From Bdellovibrionia bacterium (GTDB lineage Bacteria > Bdellovibrionota > UBA1018), in NCBI GenBank assembly GCA_045805065.1, contig JBJMMA010000035.1, positions 1 through 23,230 of the forward strand: a DNA stretch of 23,230 nt. Direction: 5' to 3'. Shown in pieces: positions 16,295 through 23,230 of this stretch (position 1 is its first letter; every line of letters begins with the position of its first letter). Under the pieces are notes generated by a model that ran no database searches, was not told the DNA's origin, and saw only the letters and a list, made by a program, of their open reading frames with translations. Position numbers and translations under genes: made by a program.

Positions 16295-16862
16295 CAAGAC
16301 ACTGCAAAACAAAGAAACGATATTAGACGATGACTCCGGTCAGAGCGTGCTTGAGTTTCTTTTGGTTTTGCCGGTCTTGATGACCATCGTGATGCTCATT
16401 ATCCGGGTTAATACGGCGATCCAGATGTCCATCGTCGATCAAAAGTATGCCCGCGCCCAGACTCTTTTTATTACTGGAAACGCGGCAGAGTATCCTCTTC
16501 GCGCAGCGGTTGTGAGCGATCTTGCTCAAAGCGGGATGAACCAGCTTGTGGTTGGTGTCTCTGAAGATCCTCCCCGCGATCCGAACGGTGGCGAAGGTGA
16601 TCAGAAAGTTTCGGCAAGTACCTACTACATCGGGCGCAGGCCGGGTGGCATGAGCGAGAACTCGGATTCGGGCGATGACATCAGCAAGCGCGTGACAATT
16701 CGCGTGCGCAATACGGTGACTCTCTGCCTGCCGATGATCAATCTCGATGGAAAGCCTGCATTTGATTTCAACGTCGGGGGCGGCGGAAGCCCGAAATACA
16801 ACTACAAAGAAGACCCAAGAAGTTGGCAATTCTGTAGCTCAAAACTGGAGCAGCGCGGATGA
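16284..16862 (+). CDS. TadE/TadF-like pseudopilin
   Basis: DDSG|QSVLEFLLVLPVLMTIV...QKYARAQ; C-terminal Cys pair; start at 16284 or 16269. Confidence 0.82.
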   Translation: MAADKTLQNKETILDDDSGQSVLEFLLVLPVLMTIVMLIIRVNTAIQMSIVDQKYARAQTLFITGNAAEYPLRAAVVSDLAQSGMNQLVVGVSEDPPRDPNGGEGDQKVSASTYYIGRRPGGMSENSDSGDDISKRVTIRVRNTVTLCLPMINLDGKPAFDFNVGGGGSPKYNYKEDPRSWQFCSSKLEQRG

Positions 16863-17704
16863 ACAATAAAGCCCTGACTCTTTCCATATTAATGGCGATC
16901 CTGGCCGTGTTCTTCGTTCAAAGCTACGTTCAGAGCGTTGAAGAAGAGCAAAAGAAGAAGTTTGGCTCTGAGATCACCGTGGTTGTCGCCAAGCGCGACA
17001 TCAAGGAAATGGCAACGATTGATGAAACGATGCTGACGACGCTTCAGATTCCGGAGCGTTTCAAGGATCCGAACGCCGTTGCTTACAGCAAGCCTGAAGT
17101 CGATGAGAAGAGCGGCCGCAAGATCGGCATGGGACTGAAGGAATGGGCGGGCTTTATCGCCAGTGTTCCGATCAAAAAAGGCGAGCAGCTCACTTACACC
17201 AAGATCACCGAGCCTAGCATCAGAACGGGCCTTTCCCCACAGGTCGCACCAGGCAAGCGCGCCATCGCGATCAACGTGAGCGAAGTCTCAAGTGTTTCCA
17301 AGCTTGTTAAGCCCGGCGATCGCGTGGATATCATCGCCGTGATCGATCTTGGGGGCGGTAAAGCCAATAAGATCGCAAAGACTCTTCTTCAAGATGTCGT
17401 GGTCCTGGCAACGGGCCGTAACGTCACAAACAATCCAGCGCGCATGATCGAGAACGACTCCATTACCGGTAAAGACAAGGTGAAGTCTTTGGCCGAGGAT
17501 TTCTCCTTCAGCAGCGTGACCGTCGAAGTGGATCCTGTTCAGGCTCAAATGCTTGCGCTGGTCATGCAGAACGGCGAGAGCTCCTTGCTGCTTTCACTGC
17601 GAAACAATGAAGACACCGAGCGTGGCGCCATTGGAGCAATGTCGTATAGCGATGTGCTGGGAATTGATCTGAATAGGGCGAGGGCGCCTGCGGGCAAACA
17701 ATGA
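16859..17704 (+). CDS. cpaB: Flp pilus assembly protein CpaB/RcpC
   Basis: N-terminal TM; SAF-like VVVAKRDI...PIKKGEQL; PGKRAIAINV, LVKPGDRVDII, TLLQDVVVLATG, VTVEVDPVQAQMLAL, LSLRNNED. Confidence 0.93.
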   Translation: MNNKALTLSILMAILAVFFVQSYVQSVEEEQKKKFGSEITVVVAKRDIKEMATIDETMLTTLQIPERFKDPNAVAYSKPEVDEKSGRKIGMGLKEWAGFIASVPIKKGEQLTYTKITEPSIRTGLSPQVAPGKRAIAINVSEVSSVSKLVKPGDRVDIIAVIDLGGGKANKIAKTLLQDVVVLATGRNVTNNPARMIENDSITGKDKVKSLAEDFSFSSVTVEVDPVQAQMLALVMQNGESSLLLSLRNNEDTERGAIGAMSYSDVLGIDLNRARAPAGKQ

Positions 17705-19482
17705 AAACCTCTAAACGGCCAACATCTTTGATTTCGCAATCCACGGCTTGGACCCTGCTCATGTCACTCTTAGCAGGGACGGTGACGTTTGGCCTGCCTC
17801 ACGCCGCTCTCAGCGCGGAAAATGATTCCAAGGCCAAGCCAAGCGCCGAAGCATCAGACTCCTCAGGAGCCTCTGAGTCGGATGATGCGAGCAACGATGC
17901 CAGCGATGATGCCAAGCCCGAGGATCTCAATCACGAGAAGATCACCCTGCGTGGAAAGAAGAAAAATCCCAAGCGCTCGCGCCTGACCTCGGATACTTCC
18001 GAGGAAGAGGCCGATCGTCGCCGCTTGCTTTTGACGACGGGCGAAGACAAGACCGTTGATCTTGATTTTGATGCCAATACTCGTGCTGAGGGCATCACGG
18101 TGGGTAACCCGCTCCTGGTGGCAACAACCCTGGTGAAGGTCGGAGATAAGCGCCAGATCGTCTTCAAGCCTCTGAAAGCAGGCGAGACGAACGTGATTGT
18201 GCGCGATGCCGATGGCAATATCCGGCTCATCTTCATGGTCCGCATCACGGGAAGCAATCTGCTTCGCATTGCGGGCGAGATCCGTGACCTTCTTCGTGAC
18301 GTCGAAGGCATTGATATCCGGATTGTCGGCCCGAAGATCATTCTGGAAGGCGAAGTCCTGGTTCCTGCCGACTATGGTCGCGTTGCCATGATCGTAGCCG
18401 ATGCCGCATACAATGGATTCGTGATGAACCTGACGACCTTGTCGCCTCTGGGCATGCAGGTTCTCGCTAAGAAGATCGAATCGGACATCAAAAATTTCGC
18501 GCCAAACGTCACGACACGTGTGGTGAACGGCGTGATCTTTCTCGAAGGCTCCGTCAAGAATGTGGATGAGGCAAAGCGCGCGAACGATATCGCGCTCATT
18601 TATCTGCCTGATGTGAAGCCTACGACGCTGATCGAGCGCGATGACAAGACTTCCGTGAAATCCCAGATTCCACGCAAGCTGCTTCAGAACTTCATTCAGA
18701 TCGAGCCGCCTCCACCCAAGAAGCAGGAGAAGCTGGTTCGCGTGACGGTTCACTTTGTCGAACTCTCCAAGGACTACAGCAAATTCTTCGGATTCAAATG
18801 GGAGCCAGGTTTCACCTCAGAGCCTACGATCGCAATCGGCCAGGGCACGAGTGGAGCAACTCAGGCTGGCGGAATGTCGTTCAGCGCGACGATCTCAAGT
18901 TTGCTTCCTAAGCTCAAGAGCGCACAGGACGCAGGATATGCTCGCGTTCTGAAAACCGGAACCGTGATTGTGAGAAGCGGTCAGCCAGCAAAGCTCGATG
19001 AGCTGACCCAGTTCCCATATGTCGTCTCTGGCCCGAATGGTCAGACAACGCCTGCCGCGCAGCCTGTCGGGCTCTCGGTTGGCGTGACGCCATTGATCTT
19101 GGGTCAGAGCGAAGACATTCAGATGGATCTCAATATGAATCAGATCGATCTGGTCTCGCTTCCAAGCAACGGGGGACCTCCGATCACTTCCACTCACAAG
19201 GTGGAGACGAAGATTTACGTCAAATCCAAGGAAAGTGCTGCAGTCGCAGGCGTGAACTCCACGGATGTCGGAACGTCCTTCAATAAGGATGATCCGAATC
19301 CAGGAACCTTCAGCGGTGGCTCAGGCGGCGCACAGACGGATGCGATGTTCACTTTGAAGCACACCAAGAACTACTCCAAGAAGAAATCGCAGTTTGTGAT
19401 CTTCGTTACGCCGGAGATCATCGACAATGCTTCCGAAGGCAGCGAGGACTTGAAACGCAACTTCCGGGTGAAGGTAAAATAA
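17701..19482 (+). CDS. cpaC: Tad secretin CpaC/RcpA with N-terminal pilus-formation and BON-like domains
   Basis: Signal peptide; ITVGNPL...KAGETNVIV N-domain; IILEGEV and IFLEGSV BON-like segments; VRVTVHFVELSK, IVRSGQPAKL, GLSVGVTP, KSQFVIFVTPEII secretin motifs. Confidence 0.9.
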   Translation: MKTSKRPTSLISQSTAWTLLMSLLAGTVTFGLPHAALSAENDSKAKPSAEASDSSGASESDDASNDASDDAKPEDLNHEKITLRGKKKNPKRSRLTSDTSEEEADRRRLLLTTGEDKTVDLDFDANTRAEGITVGNPLLVATTLVKVGDKRQIVFKPLKAGETNVIVRDADGNIRLIFMVRITGSNLLRIAGEIRDLLRDVEGIDIRIVGPKIILEGEVLVPADYGRVAMIVADAAYNGFVMNLTTLSPLGMQVLAKKIESDIKNFAPNVTTRVVNGVIFLEGSVKNVDEAKRANDIALIYLPDVKPTTLIERDDKTSVKSQIPRKLLQNFIQIEPPPPKKQEKLVRVTVHFVELSKDYSKFFGFKWEPGFTSEPTIAIGQGTSGATQAGGMSFSATISSLLPKLKSAQDAGYARVLKTGTVIVRSGQPAKLDELTQFPYVVSGPNGQTTPAAQPVGLSVGVTPLILGQSEDIQMDLNMNQIDLVSLPSNGGPPITSTHKVETKIYVKSKESAAVAGVNSTDVGTSFNKDDPNPGTFSGGSGGAQTDAMFTLKHTKNYSKKKSQFVIFVTPEIIDNASEGSEDLKRNFRVKVK

Positions 19483-19484
19483 CC

Positions 19485-21737
19485 ATGGCTGGTCATATCA
19501 TCGCAGTTGTTGGCGGAAAAGGCGGGGTAGGAAAGAGCGTGTTCGCAGCGAACTTCGCGATTTCCTATTTGCAGGAGTTCAAGCAACGTCCCCTGATCGT
19601 GGATCTGGACCTCAACAGTCTGGGAGACCAGAACCTGATCCTTGGCCTGAATCCTCCTAAAAACATTGTCGATGTGAGCAAGATCCCAGGTGGCGTCATT
19701 GATATCAAGACGCTGCAGCCGATGATGGTCACGGCTCCTGCTGGATACAACTTCATTGGTGCGCCACGTGAGTCAATCATTGCACGTGATTTGGATCTTG
19801 ACGGCTTAGGAAAGTTTCTCAAAGGCGTCACGAATATCTTCAATCTTGTTGTCGTCGATTGCGGTAACGGGACTGAGCCTTGGGCGTTGAAGACGATGGA
19901 GTACGCGACCGCGATTTTTGTTGTCGCAACTGCTGACCTTATCGTCATCAATCAGACCAAGCGCGTTCTGTCCAAGATCCAGGAACTCATGTTCCCGCCG
20001 GAGATGGTGCAAATCATCATCAATCGCTACTCGAACGCGAGCTTGTTCAAGCCACAGGATATCAGCAAGAACCTGAATCGCGCCGTTTTCGGAGCGATCC
20101 CGGAAGATGCGGCAACCTGCGATGGATCTCTGGCAAAGAGCACGCCCATCACGCTCGCTGCGCCTAACGCGCCGGTAGTTCGCGCTTATCACGACATCGT
20201 TCGCAAGATGCAGCAGGTGAACCTGCTTGAGAACCTGGCAAAACTTAAAAAGCCAACTGGCGTGGTTGCCAAGGCTCAAGCGGCAAACAATCCTGAGACT
20301 TCAGCCGACACTGCCAACGCACCCGGAGGCAGAAGTTTCGCTGCGCCTCTGGATGCCTGGACTGCGATGAAGCTTCGCATTCACAAGGCTCTCGTCGATC
20401 AGCTCGACAAGAAGATGGACGTCAATTCCAAGGATCCTAAGCAGCTTGCTGTTCTTCGTGAGCGCACGTCATCTGCTGTCTTGAAGATCATGGAGACCGA
20501 GGACACCGCATCAGTTCTTCCGAGCGCGAATGAGAAGCGTCAGATGCTCAAGGAAGTCCTGGATGAGGCGCTGGGCCTGGGACCGCTGGAAGACCTGCTT
20601 GCGGACGATTCCGTGACCGAAATCATGGTCAATGCGCGCGACCAGATCTACATCGAAAAAGCGGGTAAGCCGCAGCTCTCGAAAGTGAACTTCTCAAGCG
20701 AGCTTCAGATGATGAACGTGGTTGAGCGTATCGTCACGCCGCTGGGTCGTCGTGTGGACGAAAAAACCCCCTACGTCGATGCCCGTCTTGCTGACGGATC
20801 TCGCGTGCACGTGATCATTCCGCCGCTTGCCTTGCGCGGACCCACGATCACGATTCGTAAATTCCCCAAGAAGCGCATCGAAGCGGAAGATCTTGTTAAG
20901 TACGGATCCATGACGCCGGATATCGCGGATTTTCTGCGGTGTTGTGTTGAGGCAAAACTCAATATCGTCGTCTCAGGCGGTACGGGTTCCGGTAAAACGA
21001 CGCTTCTGAACGTGCTCTCAGGTTTCATTCCTGCGACCGAGCGTATTATCACGGTGGAAGACGCCGCCGAAATTCAGCTCAAGCAGGCTCACGTCGTCAG
21101 GCTTGAGGCTCGCCCCAAGAACATTGAAGGTGAGGGCGAGGTCAGCATCCGCGATCTCGTGAAGTGCTGTCTTCGTATGCGCCCTGACCGTATTGTCGTC
21201 GGTGAGTGTCGCGACGGAGCGGCTCTCGACATGCTTCAAGCGATGAACACCGGTCACTCGGGCTCGCTCACGACGGTTCACTCGAACAATCCGCGTGAGT
21301 GCCTGGGCCGTCTTGAAACGCTGGTCATGATGGCAGGACTGAATCTGCCTTCCAAGGCGATCAAAGAGAACATCGCGTCCGCTGTTAATCTGATCATCCA
21401 GCAGACGCGTCTCACCGACGGATCCAGAAAGATCACCTACATCACCGAGGTCACGGGAATGCAGGGCGATGTTATCTCGCTTCAGGACATCTTCGTCTAC
21501 AAGCAAGAAGGCCTGGACAAGAAGAGAAACGTCATCGGAAAATTCGTACCTCTGGGATTTGTTCCCAAGTTCGTTGAGGAGATGGAAGCCAAGGGCATGC
21601 GCGTTTCGCGCAATCTCTTTGACCCCAACAAGAACGCAAAACCTACGGGAGGTGGTGCTGCGCCAGCTGTAGCACCAGCTGCAGCACCGGCAGCTCCTGC
21701 AGCTGCGGCGGCAGGAGGGGCGAAGCCGAAAGGCTGA
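19485..21737 (+). CDS. tadA: Fused ParA/MinD-like (CpaE/TadZ) and CpaF/TadA pilus assembly ATPase
   Basis: N-terminal [31 protein letters not shown] (ParA/MinD); C-terminal [56 protein letters not shown] (CpaF); single 750-aa ORF. Confidence 0.93.
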   Translation: MAGHIIAVVGGKGGVGKSVFAANFAISYLQEFKQRPLIVDLDLNSLGDQNLILGLNPPKNIVDVSKIPGGVIDIKTLQPMMVTAPAGYNFIGAPRESIIARDLDLDGLGKFLKGVTNIFNLVVVDCGNGTEPWALKTMEYATAIFVVATADLIVINQTKRVLSKIQELMFPPEMVQIIINRYSNASLFKPQDISKNLNRAVFGAIPEDAATCDGSLAKSTPITLAAPNAPVVRAYHDIVRKMQQVNLLENLAKLKKPTGVVAKAQAANNPETSADTANAPGGRSFAAPLDAWTAMKLRIHKALVDQLDKKMDVNSKDPKQLAVLRERTSSAVLKIMETEDTASVLPSANEKRQMLKEVLDEALGLGPLEDLLADDSVTEIMVNARDQIYIEKAGKPQLSKVNFSSELQMMNVVERIVTPLGRRVDEKTPYVDARLADGSRVHVIIPPLALRGPTITIRKFPKKRIEAEDLVKYGSMTPDIADFLRCCVEAKLNIVVSGGTGSGKTTLLNVLSGFIPATERIITVEDAAEIQLKQAHVVRLEARPKNIEGEGEVSIRDLVKCCLRMRPDRIVVGECRDGAALDMLQAMNTGHSGSLTTVHSNNPRECLGRLETLVMMAGLNLPSKAIKENIASAVNLIIQQTRLTDGSRKITYITEVTGMQGDVISLQDIFVYKQEGLDKKRNVIGKFVPLGFVPKFVEEMEAKGMRVSRNLFDPNKNAKPTGGGAAPAVAPAAAPAAPAAAAAGGAKPKG

Positions 21738-21750
21738 CGCAATTTGAGCT

Positions 21751-22614
21751 ATGCCTTTATGGATTGGCCTGCTCATCCTGGGGATTGCCGTTTTCGGAGT
21801 CTCCTACCATTACTCAAAGCGCTTCCTGGACTGGTTGCGCTTTCAGTCATTGGGCACTCGCGATTATATCGTTGAGCGGCTTCAGATGATGTTCATCGAT
21901 ATTCCTGCGCATAAGATCCTGATGGGACTTTTTGGGATGAGCTTTGGCCTCGGGAGCATCGTGTTTCTGGCTTTTCTTCCTCATCTTCTTCCAGGCTTCA
22001 TCTTCGGCACGGTGGCGACCGTGATCGGCTGGAAGGCGCCCAAGCCTCTGGTGGATTGGTATTATAGAAGGCGCGTGAAGAAGTTCGTCGTTCAGATGAT
22101 CGATGCGCTGGCTCTCATGTCCAACGGCATGAAGTCAGGTCTGTCGGTTGTCCAGGCACTCGGAATGGTCTCTGAAGAGATGCCCAATCCGATCAAGCAG
22201 GAGTTCAACGAGGTTCTTCGCCAGAACAAGATCGGTGTTCCGCTGGAGGAAGCTTTCACGAGTCTTGGCAATCGCATCAAATCCGATGACGTCGAGATGT
22301 TTGTCACCTCCGTCAATATTTTGAAAGAGACAGGCGGTAATCTCGCGGAAACCTTTGATACGATCGTCACAACGATTCGCGAGCGAATCAAAATCGAGAG
22401 TAAAATCGAGGCCATGACGACGATTGGCTTCTATCAAGGTATCTTCGTCATGGCGATCCCGCCAGTGCTGGGAACCGTGTTTTACACAAGCGATCCCGAG
22501 TTTATGCAACCATTGTTTACCACTGCGATCGGATGGGTGATCGTGGCAGCGATATTCTTGCTTGAAGCCATCGGATTTTTTGTCATCATGAAAGTTATCA
22601 AAATTGACGTCTAG
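21751..22614 (+). CDS. tadB: TadB inner-membrane platform protein (T2SS F family)
   Basis: QMIDALALMSNGMKSGLSVVQAL, PIKQEF, ETGGNLAETFDTIVTTIRER, two C-terminal TMs ending IKIDV. Confidence 0.92.
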   Translation: MPLWIGLLILGIAVFGVSYHYSKRFLDWLRFQSLGTRDYIVERLQMMFIDIPAHKILMGLFGMSFGLGSIVFLAFLPHLLPGFIFGTVATVIGWKAPKPLVDWYYRRRVKKFVVQMIDALALMSNGMKSGLSVVQALGMVSEEMPNPIKQEFNEVLRQNKIGVPLEEAFTSLGNRIKSDDVEMFVTSVNILKETGGNLAETFDTIVTTIRERIKIESKIEAMTTIGFYQGIFVMAIPPVLGTVFYTSDPEFMQPLFTTAIGWVIVAAIFLLEAIGFFVIMKVIKIDV

Positions 22615-22651
22615 CTTGAGACACTGGAGAATCAGATTGAGGGCGATACAT

Positions 22652-23230
22652 ATGAGAAAAATCAACGCCATTTTAATGACAGCCGCGATGTTCGCGGTAT
22701 CCATCGCGCAAGCTCAAGTGAGCCTTCGCAACGGGAATTTCTTCACCGCTTATACCGATCTGGTCTATCCGGGTGGATTTGATCCGAAGGTTGAGCGCAT
22801 TTACAACTCCAAGACCGATTGGGCAAAAGGCATCTTTGGTCCAGGCTGGGGTTTTGAATACGAAGCTTATTTGAAAGTCTCGGCAGACGGCAGCGTCGTC
22901 GTGCACGAGTACGGTGGCGGAGCCGAAAACCGCTTCAGCCCGGTCGCATTCAATGCAGGCGAGCTGGATAAGGCCGTGGATATGATCGCAGGCGCTGCAA
23001 AAGCCTCTGGCGTGATTGGAAGCGCTGCTCAGCTGGAAACCTACAAGAAGAGACTTCGCTCGGACATCAATTACAGAAACGAGCAGTGGGAAGAGTTCCG
23101 TCACCAGGGCAAGCTTCAGCCTCGTCAGCTTGCGGTGGGAACCAAGCTTCAATCCAACCATTACAGCTATCAGTTCATCACGAAGGTTGAAGGCGGATAC
23201 CTTCGGAACTACGAGACGGGCAAGACCGAA
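22652..23230 (+). CDS. Secreted DUF6531/RHS(YD)-type protein, Bd0109-like, truncated at window end (absent from the ORF track)
   Basis: ATG at 22652 after GAGGG; frame open to the end (193 codons): MRKINAILMTAAMFAVSIAQA|QVSLRNGNFFTAYTDLVYPGGFDPKVERIYNSKTDWAKGIFGPGWGFEYEAYL, matching the RHS N-terminal pattern V...NGN...DL...R.YNS....G.FG.GW. Confidence 0.85.
   Translation, partial: MRKINAILMTAAMFAVSIAQAQVSLRNGNFFTAYTDLVYPGGFDPKVERIYNSKTDWAKGIFGPGWGFEYEAYLKVSADGSVVVHEYGGGAENRFSPVAFNAGELDKAVDMIAGAAKASGVIGSAAQLETYKKRLRSDINYRNEQWEEFRHQGKLQPRQLAVGTKLQSNHYSYQFITKVEGGYLRNYETGKTE

Noticed and set aside
22623..22649. Sigma-28 -10-like GGCGATAC upstream of the RHS-type gene
   Set aside because: No matching -35 at the right spacing, and it lies only 2 nt from the ATG, overlapping the RBS.
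17863..23161. Minus-strand ORFs of 296, 157, 252, 189 and 162 aa within the Tad operon
   Set aside because: Antisense shadows; the 22673-23161 ORF lies opposite the better-supported RHS-type ORF starting at 22652.

Overview
Gene-dense bacterial window, most likely from a Bdellovibrionota-type predator (inferred from gene content and order, not from a marker gene). It is organised as two divergent blocks around a ~250-bp AT-rich intergenic region (14105-14356). The rightward block is a Tad/Flp (type IVc) pilus locus: two Flp pilins, an A24 prepilin peptidase, three further pilin-like/TadE-like genes, CpaB/RcpC, a CpaC/RcpA secretin, a fused ParA-like (CpaE/TadZ)-CpaF/TadA double ATPase and TadB. 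It continues into a truncated secreted DUF6531/RHS-type protein; this order resembles the Bdellovibrio tad-bd0109-hit region. The leftward block encodes a Cys-rich membrane protein, a Cys-rich VWA lipoprotein (CglB-like architecture), a TolQ/ExbB plus two ExbD proteins in AglR-AglQ-AglS order, a 1224-aa AgmU/GltD-like TPR protein and a 1544-aa glycine-rich repeat surface protein. A Tat-exported intradiol-dioxygenase-like lipoprotein converges from the left edge. Four sigma-28 (FliA)-like promoter motifs lie in intergenic gaps, two of them back-to-back between the blocks. The main hypothesis is a co-regulated surface-contact/predation island coupling a reduced Agl-Glt-like proton motor and adhesins to a Tad pilus. 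All family calls come from motif recognition by eye; no searches were run. No rRNA, tRNA, CRISPR or mobile element was seen.
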